Positions 48,841 to 63,999 of a stretch of DNA of 64,000 bases are shown one piece after another. A model generated the notes under the pieces. That model was not told the DNA's origin and searched no databases. It saw nothing but the letters and a program-made list of their open reading frames with translations. The stretch spans positions 288,001 to 352,000 of the forward strand of contig CAWBAN010000001.1 of the NCBI GenBank assembly GCA_963786935.1, given 5' to 3'. The position numbers and the translations under genes were made by a program. The stretch comes from an uncultured bacterium (GTDB lineage: Bacteria; Krumholzibacteriota; Krumholzibacteriia; Krumholzibacteriales; Krumholzibacteriaceae). Numbering within the stretch: the stretch's first letter is position 1; each line of letters opens with the position of its first letter.

Positions 48841-49617
48841 ATGTCGAAGCTTTATAAATCCCTCGTGGTTGCGATCCTCATCACCGGCGTTTTCGCAGGC
48901 TGCAAAGGCAATGTCGATGAAACGTACGTTCTGACGAGCCTGAAGGGCGCCGCCTCCGGCGATGTGGTGAGCATCGGTTTCAAGTACAGCTTCGATTCCC
49001 CCAATGTCATCGGCGCCGCGAACAACGTCGCGCTGGTCCGCGAGGGTAACCGGATCGAGTTCTTCATCGGCGACGGCCTCGAGGCGAAGATGAAAGGCGT
49101 CGAGGGCAAGCAGTTCACCGTTGCCGTGCGCAAGTATTTCACCCCCTATATCCATTTCGTCGTCGATTACGTCATGGCCGGTTCGGATACGATCATGGTC
49201 GGCGAGCCCTCCGGCGTGAAGCTCCCGCTCCTCCGTCCGGCGGCCCAGTTCACCGCTCCCGAGGAGTACATCGCCGTGGAGCTGAACAAGCTGACCTCGA
49301 GCGCTCTGGCGCTCAAGGATATCGAGGAGAAGAAGTTCAAGGTCGAGAACGGGAAAATAACCATGGAGCAGATCGGCGACGCGCAGAAGCTCGTTCTCAG
49401 GCTCAAGAACGTGGGATTCACGGTCGAAGAGACGAACGATGTGATGCTCGCCGTCATGAAGGCGATCATGACCGAGAACAAGCCCTTCGACGGAGGTGTT
49501 CAGTACGGTTCGATCCCGCGGAGCGACCGCGCGACGCGCGAGCGGCTGAACATCGGCGGCGACGTCAAGATCGGCTACATCCTGTACGGCGGCAACGCCA
49601 TCACGATATCGATGTAG
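48841..49617 (+). CDS. Hypothetical lipoprotein
   Basis: AAGGAG RBS; lipobox FAGC; TTGACA at 48730 upstream and terminator downstream. Confidence 0.8.
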   Translation: MSKLYKSLVVAILITGVFAGCKGNVDETYVLTSLKGAASGDVVSIGFKYSFDSPNVIGAANNVALVREGNRIEFFIGDGLEAKMKGVEGKQFTVAVRKYFTPYIHFVVDYVMAGSDTIMVGEPSGVKLPLLRPAAQFTAPEEYIAVELNKLTSSALALKDIEEKKFKVENGKITMEQIGDAQKLVLRLKNVGFTVEETNDVMLAVMKAIMTENKPFDGGVQYGSIPRSDRATRERLNIGGDVKIGYILYGGNAITISM

Positions 49618-49644
49618 GCACCGGATCGTTGTCGGGCGAATGAG

Positions 49645-49677
49645 AATGTGCGGCGCCGCGTGCGCCGCACATTTTTT
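49645..49677 (+). terminator. Intrinsic terminator
   Basis: AATGTGCGGCGC-CGCGT-GCGCCGCACATT followed by TTTT. Confidence 0.8.
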
Positions 49678-49848
49678 ATTGGGGGGCCGGCCGGGTGTTT
49701 GCCCGGGGCGCTTCCGGCCGGGGCCGGGAACGGGACGGGGGCGCGGCCGGCGGCCCGCCCGATTCGGCTTGACCTCCCGTCGCGCGTTGCATTAGCGTAT
49801 TCGAAACCGCACGCATCCGATTACACGCACGAAAGGCGGAAGAGGGTT

Positions 49849-50805
49849 ATGGCGAAGGCGGAGGAACGGGTGGAACGGATCATGGTCGTAGCGCGGAAGG
49901 ACTGGAGGGAATCGGTCAACGGCAGATTCCTCCTCTTCCAGTTCACGGACAAGGACGGTCCCCTCAAGGGGGTCATCTGGAAGCCGACGGAGGAGATCGA
50001 TCGGGAGATCCAGGTCAACGACGTCGTCCGGATCAAGGGGGAGATGAAGCAGTACCAGGGGTCGTTTGAGCTGCACGTCGGGAGCATCGCGAAACTCTCC
50101 GAGAAGGAGTACGATCCGGCGCAATTCGTCCCGGTCGTCGCCGGGGAGGCGGGGGATCTGTACCGCGAGATCATGGGAGTCGTCTCGACGGTGGGCAACG
50201 TGCACCTGCGCGATCTGCTCGAGCGCATCTTCGGCGACGGCGAATTCAAGGCGAAGTTTCTCAAGGCGCCCGCGGCGCGCGTGTGGCACCACTCGTATAT
50301 CGGCGGGCTCGCGCATCACGTCCGCGACATGGCGTCGATCGCGCTGCGGATCGCGGAGGTCTATCCCGAGGTCGATCGCGACCTGCTCCTCTGCGGCGTC
50401 CTCGTGCACGATCTCGGCAAGGTGCAGGAGCTCGAGGTCACGAACCGCATCGATTACTCGGACCAGGGGCGGCTCATCGGCCATATCGTGCTCGGCGTCG
50501 AGTTCCTCGACGCGCGCATGCGCGAGATCGACGGATTTCCGGCCGATCTCTCCCTGAAACTGAAGCATATGGTCCTGAGCCACCACGGCTTACTCGAGCA
50601 CGGATCCCCCGTCGTGCCGATGACGATCGAGGCGATCCTGCTCCACTATATCGACAACCTCGACGCGCAGGCGAGGGGCACCCTGCAGGCGCTCGGCAAG
50701 GATACGTCGCGGTTCGGCAAATGGACCGAGTACGTGAAGCTGCTCGACCGCTTCATCTATCGCGGCGACGGAGCGCGCGAAGCGGAGCGGCCGAAGGAAA
50801 CGTGA
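49849..50805 (+). CDS. yhaM: 3'-5' exoribonuclease YhaM family (OB fold + HD domain)
   Basis: APAARVWHHSYIGGL..H, HDLGK, GRLIGHI, HMVLSHHG, DNLDA. Confidence 0.85.
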   Translation: MAKAEERVERIMVVARKDWRESVNGRFLLFQFTDKDGPLKGVIWKPTEEIDREIQVNDVVRIKGEMKQYQGSFELHVGSIAKLSEKEYDPAQFVPVVAGEAGDLYREIMGVVSTVGNVHLRDLLERIFGDGEFKAKFLKAPAARVWHHSYIGGLAHHVRDMASIALRIAEVYPEVDRDLLLCGVLVHDLGKVQELEVTNRIDYSDQGRLIGHIVLGVEFLDARMREIDGFPADLSLKLKHMVLSHHGLLEHGSPVVPMTIEAILLHYIDNLDAQARGTLQALGKDTSRFGKWTEYVKLLDRFIYRGDGAREAERPKET

Positions 50806-50806
50806 C

Positions 50807-51973
50807 ATGAACCGGTTCCCCGCGTGGGTGGAAATCGATCTGGACGCGGCCACGTACAACCTCGGACGCGTTCGAAGCATCGTTCCGCCGGGCGTCGGGC
50901 TGCTCTTCGTCGTGAAGGCCGACGCGTACGGGCACGGCGCCGTGCGGATCTCCCGGCTCGCCGAGGAGTGCGGCGTCGATATCCTCGGGGTCGCCACGCT
51001 CGACGAGGGACGCGAGCTCCGCAAGGCGGGCATCAAGCTTCCGATCCTCATCCTGAGCCCCGTCCTGCCGCAGGAGATCGAGGGCGTTCTCGAGAACGAT
51101 CTCGCCGTCACCGCTTCCTCGTACGAGTTCGTCGAGACGGCCTCCGAGATCGCGATCCGGCTCGGCGCGATCTGCACGCTCCATATCGAAATCGACACGG
51201 GCATGGGACGGGCCGGCATCGCGCAGGCGAGCGCCGTCGAGGCGATTACGCGGATGCGGTCGCTGCCCGGCGTCAGGCTCGAGGGCATCTTCACGCATTT
51301 CCCCGCCTCCGACAGCGACACGGATTTCACGAAGGAGCAGATCGATTCGTTTCTCGGCATCGTCGACCGTCTCGCAGCCGCGGGCTGCTCGTTCCGGTAC
51401 GTGCACAGCGCGAACAGCGCCGCGATCCTCAACTTCCCCGCTTCGCATTTCAACCTCGTCCGTCCCGGTCTCCTCGTCTACGGCCACGCGCCCTCGATCG
51501 TGCTGAAGGATTCGGTCGAGGTCGTGCCGGTCATGAGCTTCAAGGCGCGGCTCGTGCTCGTGCGCGACATGCCCCGGGGCTCGAGCATCAGCTACGGGAG
51601 GACGTTCATCGCGCCCGGCCCCCTCACGATGGGAGTCGTTCCGGTCGGATACGGCCACGGGCTCAGCCACCGGCTCTCGAACAAGGGGCAGGTCCTGTTC
51701 CGGGGACAGCGCGTGAACGTCATCGGCCGGGTCACGATGGACATGACGATGCTCGACCTCTCCGCATTTCCCGACGCCTCGGTGGGGGAGGAGGTCGTGA
51801 TCTTCGGCCGGCAGGGGAGCGAGGAGATCACGGCCGACGACGTCGCCCGATGGGACGAGACGCTCAACTACGAGGTCCTTTGCCGCATCAGCAAACGGGT
51901 CGCGCGCGTCTACATCCGCAGCGGGCGGATCGAGAGCCTCAAAACGCTCCTCGGCGTCCGCGAGGCGCCCTGA
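50807..51973 (+). CDS. alr: Alanine racemase
   Basis: VVKADAYGHG, DTGMGR, THF, HSANSAA, GRVTMD, NYEVLC. Confidence 0.95.
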   Translation: MNRFPAWVEIDLDAATYNLGRVRSIVPPGVGLLFVVKADAYGHGAVRISRLAEECGVDILGVATLDEGRELRKAGIKLPILILSPVLPQEIEGVLENDLAVTASSYEFVETASEIAIRLGAICTLHIEIDTGMGRAGIAQASAVEAITRMRSLPGVRLEGIFTHFPASDSDTDFTKEQIDSFLGIVDRLAAAGCSFRYVHSANSAAILNFPASHFNLVRPGLLVYGHAPSIVLKDSVEVVPVMSFKARLVLVRDMPRGSSISYGRTFIAPGPLTMGVVPVGYGHGLSHRLSNKGQVLFRGQRVNVIGRVTMDMTMLDLSAFPDASVGEEVVIFGRQGSEEITADDVARWDETLNYEVLCRISKRVARVYIRSGRIESLKTLLGVREAP

Positions 51974-52037
51974 GAGGCCGGCTCCCGTGCGTTCGAGGCG
52001 TGGAGGGGACATCGTCCGGATTCCACCGAAGCATTGT

Positions 52038-53209
52038 ATGAACCGGCGCGCCGTCGCCATCGTGCTCGACGGCGTGGGCGTCGGCGCGCTGGATGATGCC
52101 GCGCGGTACGGCGACGAAGGGGCGAACTCCATCGGCTCCGCGTCGCGCGCCGCCGGCGGACTGCGGCTCGAGACGCTCGAACGGCTCGGCCTCGGACGGA
52201 TCGTTCCGATCGAAGGGGTCGCCGCGGTTCGAAGCCCCGCGGCTTCGTGGGGGCGGATGGCGGAGCGGTCGCCGGGCAAGGATTCGACGACGGGACATTG
52301 GGAGCTGATGGGCTGTCCCCTCGACGCGCCGTTTCCGACCTATCCGGACGGCTTTCCCCGGGAGATCATCGAACCGTTCGAGCGCTCGATCGGCCGCCCC
52401 GTGCTGGGCAACCGGCCCGCCTCGGGCACGGCCGTCATCGAGGAACTCGGCGCGGAGCACCTGCGCACGGGGCGCCCCATCGTCTACACTTCGGCGGACA
52501 GCGTTTTCCAGATCGCGGCGCACGAGGGGGTGATTCCCGTTCGCGACCTCTATCGCATGTGCCGCGTCGCCCGGAAGCTCCTCGTCCCGCCGCATCATGT
52601 CGCCCGCGTCATCGCCCGCCCGTTCGGCGGCTCGCCGGGCGGATTCGCGAGAACGAAGCGTCGCCGCGATTATTCCATCCCGCCGCCGCGCCCGACCCTC
52701 CTCGACCGCCTGGCCGGCGGCGGCCGCGAGGTCGTGACCGTCGGGAAGATCCACGATCTCTTCGCCCGGCGGGGCGTCACGAGGGCGATTCCGGCGGCGG
52801 GGAACGACGCGGCGATGCGTTCGGCGGAGCGCGTTCTGAAACGCGGCGAGCCCTTCTCGCTCCTCTTCGTCAACCTCATCGAGTTCGACACGGAATGGGG
52901 GCACCGCCGCGACGCCGCGGGCTACGCGCGCGGTCTGGAGCGCTTCGACGCGTGGTTCGGGCGGTTCCTCGGGCTGCTCGCGCCCGGCACCCTGTTCGCC
53001 GTCACGAGCGACCACGGGTGCGACCCGACGATGCGGGGATCGGATCATACGAGGGAATACGTGCCGGTGCTGGCGGGGCTGGCCGGATCGGGCGGCGGCG
53101 GGCCCCTCGGCACGCGGGAGACCTTCAGCGATCTCGCCGCGACGCTCGCGGAGTTCTTCGGGCTCGAGGCGGGAGCGGGGAGAGCTTTCTCGGTGCGCTC
53201 GAACGATGA
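52038..53209 (+). CDS. deoB: Phosphopentomutase, with a one-base frameshift near 53178 just before its C-terminus
   Basis: IVLDGVGVG, GKDSTTGHWE, YTSADSVFQIAAHE, WGHRRD, DHGCDP, HTREYVP; -1 frame gives the typical end GESFLGALER* at 53209. Confidence 0.88.
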
Positions 53210-53237
53210 CCGAACGACCGATCAAGGGAGGCTGCCG

Positions 53238-53906
53238 GTGGACGGATTCAAGCTCAACAGGCTGATCGATCACACGCTTCTCAAGCCGGAGGCGTCGGAA
53301 GCCGACATCGCGCGCCTCGCGCGGGAGGCGATCGAACACGATTTCTTCTCCGCGTGCGTCAACACGCACTGGGTTCCCCTCGTGGCGCGGACGTGCGCGG
53401 GCACGAACGTCAAGGTCTGCTCCATCGCGGGGTTTCCGCTCGGCGCCGTCGACGCGGCGGTCAAGGCCTTCGAGGCCGGCCGCGCCGTCGCGGCGGGCGC
53501 GCACGAGATCGACATGGTGATGAACGTCGGCGCGCTGAAATCGGGAGCCCTCAATGTCGTGCGCGAGGACATCGCCGGCGTTGTGGCGGCATGCGGCGGA
53601 GGCGCGATCGTGAAGGTGATCATCGAGGCCGCGCTCCTCACCGACGCGGAGAAGGCGGCCGCGTGCCGGCTCGCGATGGACGCGGGGGCGGCGTTCGTCA
53701 AGACGTCGACGGGCTTCGGCCCGCCGGGCGCGAACGCGAGGGACGTGAGGATCATGCGCGAAGCGGTCGGCCCCGGCTTCGGTGTAAAGGCCTCGGCCGG
53801 CATCCGCACCGCGGCGTTCGCGCTCGAGCTCGTCGAAGCGGGCGCGACGAGGATCGGCACGAGCGCGAGCCTCGCCATCATGGAGGAATGGAAGCGGCTC
53901 GGGTAA
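53238..53906 (+). CDS. deoC: Deoxyribose-phosphate aldolase
   Basis: GGGAGG RBS before GTG; IDHTLLKP, GFPLG, EIDMV, KVIIE, FVKTSTGF, VKASAGIR, RIGTS. Confidence 0.93.
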   Translation: MDGFKLNRLIDHTLLKPEASEADIARLAREAIEHDFFSACVNTHWVPLVARTCAGTNVKVCSIAGFPLGAVDAAVKAFEAGRAVAAGAHEIDMVMNVGALKSGALNVVREDIAGVVAACGGGAIVKVIIEAALLTDAEKAAACRLAMDAGAAFVKTSTGFGPPGANARDVRIMREAVGPGFGVKASAGIRTAAFALELVEAGATRIGTSASLAIMEEWKRLG

Positions 53907-53923
53907 GCGGAGCCGGCGGCGTC

Positions 53924-56047
53924 TCAGTGCGGCACGACCTTGTCCCGCGACGCTTCCTTGTCGATGTCCCGGAAGTCCTTGTCCTTGTCCAGCAAATCGT
54001 ACGAGCTGACGCGGTGCAGGTCGCACTGGCGCGTCGGCTCGTTTCCCTCGATGAAGATCTCGCGCGAGATCTTCGGGCAGTACGGGGTGCTCAGGAGCCC
54101 CGATTCCTGACAGACGAGCTCCTCGATGATGTTGGGGGGGCGGTTGAACGCGGGGCCCCGGTTGCCCGGGTACGCCGCCTTCATCGTTTCGATCCAGATC
54201 GGGAGCGCCACGCGGGCGCCCGTCATGCCGTCCCCGATGCTCTTGCGCTCGTCGTAGCCCGTCCAGACGCCGATCACGATCTCGGGCGTATATCCGATGA
54301 ACCACGCGTCGGTGTACTCGTCGGTCGTGCCCGTTTTGCCCGCGACGGGAATATCGAGGCCGCGGCTGCGCACGGCCCACGCGGTGCCGTTGACCTCGTC
54401 GATCACGCTCTCGAGCATGTCGGTGATCATGTACGACACGTCCGGCGGGAGCGCCTCCTCGTGGAACTCGCGGTATTCCTCCACCGTGTTTCCGTTCCGG
54501 TCCTCGATGCGGAGGATCGACATCGGCTCGGCGCGCATTCCCTCGGCGGCGAGCACGCCGTACGCGGACGCGAGGTCGAGGAGCGTCACCTCGCTCGCGC
54601 CGAGCGCGAGCGACAGCACGTTCTGCAGGCGGCTCTTGATCCCCATCCGCTTGGCCACGCCGATGACCGAGGGAGGGCCGAGCGCCTGGATGAGCTTGAT
54701 GGAGGGGATGTTGATCGATCTCGAGAGCGCCTCGCGCAACGTGATCGCTCCGTGGAATTTCCTGTCGTAGTTGCGCGGCTTGTACACGTCGCCGTTCGGC
54801 AGCTCGACGACGAGCGGCGTGTCGAGGATGATGTCCGACGGATTGTACCCGTTCTCGAGCGCCGAGATGTAGACGAACGGCTTGAAGGCCGAGCCGGGCT
54901 GCCGGGGCGCCTGAATCGCGCGGTTGTACTGGGTCTCGCGGAAGTCCCTCCCGCCGATCATGGCGAGGATGTGCCCGCTGCGCGGGTCGATCGCCACGAG
55001 CGCTCCCTGCAGGTACTCGGGGGCGAGCTTTTCCCCGCGCGCCGCGGCGGCCTCGAACCGGGCGCGGGTGAGCTTGAAGCCGTACGCCGTCTCGATCTCC
55101 CGCAGCCAGCGCTCGAGGTTCCGCTCCGCCGCGCGCTGCAGCTTCGCGTCGAGCGTCGTGTAGACCGTGTACCCGTCCCGGTAGACGGAACGGGCCCCGT
55201 ACTTCTCCTCGAGGACGATCCGGATCTGCTCGGCGAAATATCCGGCGAAATCCTGGTTGTCCGAAACCTTCTTGACGAGATCGAGCGAGCGATCGCGCAG
55301 CGAGTCCCGCTGCGCCTCCGTGATGACGCCGAATTCCTCCATCGCGCCGAGCACGAGGCTCACGCGCCGGGCCGCTCGCTCGGGATACGCGAACGGATTA
55401 TAGCCGCCGGGATTCTTCGGCAGCCCCGCCAAGAGCGCCATCTGGTTGAGCCCGATGTCGCGGACCGATTTTCCGAAGAACTTCCTCGACGCCGCCTCGA
55501 TCCCGTACGTCCCCTCGCCGAAGTAGATCTGGTTGAGATACATCTCGAGGATCTCGTCCTTCGAGTACGTGCGCTCGATCTTGAAGGCGAGGAGCGCTTC
55601 CCTGATCTTGCGGGGGAAGGTCTGCTCCTTCTTGTTGAGGAAGAGATCGGTCGATATCTGCTGCGTGATCGTGCTCGCTCCCTGCGCCCTGCTCCAGTGA
55701 ATGAGGTCTCTCCATATTGTGACGAAGAGGCGCTGCATGTCGATGCCGCTGTGCTGATAGAAGCGGCGGTCCTCGACGGCGAGGAAGGTCTTCTGCACGA
55801 GGACGGGGATTTCGTCGAGCGGCACGTAGATGCGGTTCTGCTCGTAGAACTCCTTGACGACGGTCGAATCGCGGGCGAGGATGCGCGTCTTGAGCGACGG
55901 CTCTATCATCTCGAGCCGCTCCATCGAGGGGAGATCCCGCGAGAACCACTGTATCGCCGCGGTGCCGATGCCGATGACGCAGACGAGCGCGAGCCCGAGG
56001 CTCCAGAGGAAGATCTTCTCGCCGCGCGTGAGTGGCCTGAATCCCAT
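53924..56047 (-). CDS. Class A penicillin-binding protein (PBP1A family)
   Basis: EDRRFYQHSG, GASTITQQ, YLNQIYFG, RQPGSAFKP, SIN, AGKTGT. Confidence 0.93.
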   Translation of the reverse strand: MGFRPLTRGEKIFLWSLGLALVCVIGIGTAAIQWFSRDLPSMERLEMIEPSLKTRILARDSTVVKEFYEQNRIYVPLDEIPVLVQKTFLAVEDRRFYQHSGIDMQRLFVTIWRDLIHWSRAQGASTITQQISTDLFLNKKEQTFPRKIREALLAFKIERTYSKDEILEMYLNQIYFGEGTYGIEAASRKFFGKSVRDIGLNQMALLAGLPKNPGGYNPFAYPERAARRVSLVLGAMEEFGVITEAQRDSLRDRSLDLVKKVSDNQDFAGYFAEQIRIVLEEKYGARSVYRDGYTVYTTLDAKLQRAAERNLERWLREIETAYGFKLTRARFEAAAARGEKLAPEYLQGALVAIDPRSGHILAMIGGRDFRETQYNRAIQAPRQPGSAFKPFVYISALENGYNPSDIILDTPLVVELPNGDVYKPRNYDRKFHGAITLREALSRSINIPSIKLIQALGPPSVIGVAKRMGIKSRLQNVLSLALGASEVTLLDLASAYGVLAAEGMRAEPMSILRIEDRNGNTVEEYREFHEEALPPDVSYMITDMLESVIDEVNGTAWAVRSRGLDIPVAGKTGTTDEYTDAWFIGYTPEIVIGVWTGYDERKSIGDGMTGARVALPIWIETMKAAYPGNRGPAFNRPPNIIEELVCQESGLLSTPYCPKISREIFIEGNEPTRQCDLHRVSSYDLLDKDKDFRDIDKEASRDKVVPH

Positions 56048-56205
56048 ATGAATCAATCGTCCCGTCGATTCCGAACGCCCGCAGGAAGCGCCTGCTCGTG
56101 AGAGAATGTATATCCCGGGACCGGCTTTTTCCAATCCTTTTATGCGGAGCGGGAGCGAGGCGCGGGAGGGCGCGCGAAAAGATTCGGGGTTTTTGGAAAT
56201 ATCGT

Positions 56206-56339
56206 TTGACAACCGCGCCGGCATCGTTTATATATGCAGGGCGCTAACGCGCAGTTCGAAAGCGAATTGCAGCGCCTCCAAAAATTCTTCAGAAAACTCC
56301 TACAGAGGGGTTGACAAAGAAACCCGATTGCGATATATT
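56206..56339 (+). promoter_or_regulatory. Tandem rrn promoters (P1 TTGACA 56206; P2 TTGACA-N17-TATATT 56311-56339)
   Basis: Two TTGACA hexamers, each with an AT-rich -10; boxA-like TGTTCTTTGAAA at 56373. Confidence 0.75.
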
Positions 56340-56495
56340 GGGTAGCTGGAGAAAATTCCATATAGGGAATTCTGTTCTTTGAAAACGAAATAGCGTGCGA
56401 TGCCCTTGCCAGATGATTCGGGCTCCGATCCTTCGGGATCGGAGGTGGAATGTCAAATAGAGCATTGCTTTCACGCAATGACTCTTCGTTTTTTT

Positions 56496-58056
<1,561 letters not shown>

Positions 58057-58158
58057 TTAAGGAGTGTTTCCGGGCTAGATCGGCAACGATCGAAGCGCGG
58101 AGAGCTCCAGGTCGACCGGACCATCTGCAAGTCTCGCACGCTATTTCCGTTATATTCG

Positions 58159-58235
58159 GGGCCTATAGCTCAGTTGGTTAGAGCGCGCGCCTGATAAGCG
58201 CGAGGTCAGTGGTTCAACTCCACTTAGGCCCACCA
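58159..58235 (+). tRNA. tRNA-Ile(GAT)
   Basis: GGGCCTA/TAGGCCC acceptor stem, CTGATAA anticodon loop, encoded CCA. Confidence 0.97.
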
Positions 58236-58263
58236 TTGAGTGGCTTCGAGCAACGACTCAATC

Positions 58264-58336
58264 GGGGATGTAGCTCAGCTGGGAGAGCACCTGCTTTGCA
58301 AGCAGGGGGTCGCCGGTTCGAACCCGGTCATCTCCA
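58264..58336 (+). tRNA. tRNA-Ala(TGC), CCA not encoded
   Basis: GGGGATG/CATCTCC stem with G3:U70, TTTGCAA loop, GGTTCGAA T-loop; followed by CGA. Confidence 0.96.
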
Positions 58337-58418
58337 CGAATACCAGATTCTGGACTTTCCAGTTTGCTCTTTGACAACAAAAACAGGGTGAAGAAACAGG
58401 CATCTTCGTAAGATTTCT

Positions 58419-61448
<3,030 letters not shown>

Positions 61449-61508
61449 GATTATAATTTTACGAGCATACCTGTCAATCACCCTGTTTTGTTGTCAATTA
61501 AAACGGAA

Positions 61509-61627
<119 letters not shown>

Positions 61628-61631
61628 ATTG

Positions 61632-61664
61632 AAAAGAGCCGCTCGAGAGAGCGGCTCTTTTTTT
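61632..61664. terminator. rrn intrinsic terminator (potentially bidirectional)
   Basis: AAAAGAGCCGCTC-GAGA-GAGCGGCTCTTTTTTT. Confidence 0.9.
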
Positions 61665-61709
61665 ACGTCCGATCGCGTTCGGCGCGCGGCGTATGGCGGC
61701 GCGTCGCGA

Positions 61710-62099
61710 TCATTTTTTCACGCCCTCGGCCTTCATCTTCTCGATCGCCCGGAGCGCTTCCTCGCGGCTCGAATAGATATTATAGGGCATCCCCGATTTC
61801 ATGGCCGTCGTCCGCAGCGACATGCGGACGACGCTGTCGGTGCCCCAGCGGGCGAGGCCGAGGAGCATGTCGCTCGTCGCCTTGCGCGCGGCTTCGCCGT
61901 AGTATTCGGCGATCTCCGCGTGTATCGAGAGCCCGTCGATGTGGGCGACCATCCAGAATTTCTCGCCGATGAGCTTCATCTGCCGGTCGTACTCGGCGAA
62001 GAAATCGTCGACGTCCTGCTTCGTCTTGATGTCCCAGTGATCCTCGACGAAAAGGATTTTCGAACCGCGATCGTAGTCGAATACTACATTGTTCGGCAT
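61710..62099 (-). CDS. Hypothetical protein, STAS/SEC14 (SpoIIAA-like) fold suspected
   Basis: 129 aa alpha/beta pattern ending IYSSREEALRAI. Confidence 0.7.
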   Translation of the reverse strand: MPNNVVFDYDRGSKILFVEDHWDIKTKQDVDDFFAEYDRQMKLIGEKFWMVAHIDGLSIHAEIAEYYGEAARKATSDMLLGLARWGTDSVVRMSLRTTAMKSGMPYNIYSSREEALRAIEKMKAEGVKK

Positions 62100-62248
62100 C
62101 GCAGCGCCCCGCTTTCAAGCACGTGTACGGCCCCTCCGGCTCCACATCAAGCAACGAGCATACCCGCGCGAGCGGGAAATGCAAGAATTTTCGCGACGGC
62201 AAAGGCGCGTGGCGGATATCCGTCGGCACCGGCCGGCGTCGGGCACAT

Positions 62249-62544
62249 ATGGACTCGGACCGCGTCGCACGAAACGCCGCCCGATCGGGGGAGGCTGCCG
62301 GAGTGCTGCAAAAGGGAGAATTCGTCAGACACAACGACGTCGTCGGACGCGAGGTCATGCACGAATTCGCCGTGACCTCCTCATGTTTCACAAGCCGGTC
62401 AGTCCGGGGAGCGAGATCACCGTGGAGCTTCTCGCGCCCGTCAATCTCGGGAGCATGCTCGTCACCCTGCGGTCCCGCGTCTACATCGGCGAGACCATGC
62501 ACTACGAAGTCAAGACGAAGATCGGGACCTTCGAGAGCATCTGA
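62249..62544 (+). CDS. Small hypothetical protein with a probable one-base frameshift near 62373
   Basis: MDSDRVAR...VMHEFAV in one frame continues as DLLMFHKPVSPGSEITVELL...FESI* in the -1 frame. Confidence 0.5.
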
Positions 62545-62568
62545 TCCGCCGGACTCATCGGGAATAAT

Positions 62569-63999
62569 TCAATCGAGCTGCCGGGAAAAGATCCATGCGA
62601 CGGCCCGGCCCGTTCTCCGGTGCGCGACGACGCGCGCGAGCCGGTATTCGGGCTCGAGCGCCTTCGCGAGCGTTTCGATGTCGGGATAGGCGCCGTCGAA
62701 CATCGAGAAATCGGAGACGATCGTGTCGTACGGCGCCCCCTTCACGCGCGCGATCTTCTCCGCCGTCCACCAGCGGGGCGGATCCCCTTCGATGTCCGCG
62801 CCGGGCGCGTACCATTTCATCAGGGGGGCGTAGAAATAGTAGGCCCGGGCGCCGGGCCGCTCCGCGAGATAGTCCCGGACGCCGAGGAAGCCGGGGTGCT
62901 CCTGCGGCCCGACGACGTCGGCGTCCCCGCTCGTCGCCGGAGGGATCGAGAGCGCGAGCAGCAGCGCGCACGCGGCGACGATCGCGATCCGTCCCGGACG
63001 CGGCGCGAGGCGCACGAGCGCCGCGGCGGCGCAGGAAAAGAGCACCGCGAGCGGGGGCATCATGTCGGCGATGTGATGGACGTAGACGAGGCGCTGCCGC
63101 GTGTTCACGACGAAGGCCGCCGCCACGTAGAGCGCGAACGGGAGCATCATCAGGTGCGCGCGCTCGAGATCGGCACGTGTCCCGGCGCTCGCCCTTCGCG
63201 CGGCCGCGAGGTTCAGCGCGCCGGCCATGAGGCCCAGCGCGGCCGCGAGGGCGAACGCGGGGGACTGCTCGAAGAGCGCGCGGTACAGCGACGTCCACGG
63301 AAGGTTCTGGACGTTCGCGGCGTTGTCTTTGATCCGGAAGAGTATCGATTTGGCGAGGCTCGCCTCGAAGATCAACGCCGGCCAGAGGACGACGAGGAGC
63401 ACGAGCGACACGAGGACGGCGAGGCCCCACGCCCGCGCGGCCGGTCGCCGCGGCCGCCGGCGCAGATCGATGATGAGCGCGACTGTGAAAGCCGGAACAA
63501 GGACGATTCCGAGCTCGCACGTGAGGAGCGCGAGCGTGGCGCAGATTCCCGCGCCGATGAGGCGCGCGGGGCCCGGCTTCGACAGATGGAGCGCGAGAAA
63601 CAGGAGGGCGCAGGCGACGAAGAGCGAGTACACCGCGTCCCAGTTCGCCGTGCGGCTCACGTACAGGTGGACGGGAAGGAGCGCGAGCATCAGCCCGCCG
63701 AAAAGGGCGGCGGCGAAACGGCCGCCGACGGGAGCGAGGATGAGGAGCACGGAGAGCGAGACCGCGAGACAGCACAGCGCCCCCGCGATCATGGAGAATA
63801 CGCGGGCGCCGAACTCGTCCGATCCGAAGACGCGGTTGTTCAGGAGAATGAGGTAGGAGAGGAGCGGCGGATGCCCGCGCCGCTCGTACAGGACGCCGTC
63901 CCGGTCGAGCGCGTTGTCGGCGAATCCCCGTTGCGCGACCATCTGGGAGACGATCGCGTCGTGGGCGAACGATTCGCTCACCGTCGGATGGATCCGGAT
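62569..63999 (-). CDS. GT-C / glycosyltransferase family 39 (ArnT-like) membrane protein, 5'-truncated by window edge
   Basis: GHPPLLSY...FG...ARVFS, SRTANWD, many TM helices; frame open to the window end. Confidence 0.8.
   Translation of the reverse strand: MRIHPTVSESFAHDAIVSQMVAQRGFADNALDRDGVLYERRGHPPLLSYLILLNNRVFGSDEFGARVFSMIAGALCCLAVSLSVLLILAPVGGRFAAALFGGLMLALLPVHLYVSRTANWDAVYSLFVACALLFLALHLSKPGPARLIGAGICATLALLTCELGIVLVPAFTVALIIDLRRRPRRPAARAWGLAVLVSLVLLVVLWPALIFEASLAKSILFRIKDNAANVQNLPWTSLYRALFEQSPAFALAAALGLMAGALNLAAARRASAGTRADLERAHLMMLPFALYVAAAFVVNTRQRLVYVHHIADMMPPLAVLFSCAAAALVRLAPRPGRIAIVAACALLLALSIPPATSGDADVVGPQEHPGFLGVRDYLAERPGARAYYFYAPLMKWYAPGADIEGDPPRWWTAEKIARVKGAPYDTIVSDFSMFDGAYPDIETLAKALEPEYRLARVVAHRRTGRAVAWIFSRQLD

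Noticed and set aside
51987..53906. DeoB-DeoC as a genuine bifunctional enzyme
   Set aside because: The canonical DeoB end and stop are in the -1 frame after a G-run, and deoC has its own RBS and start
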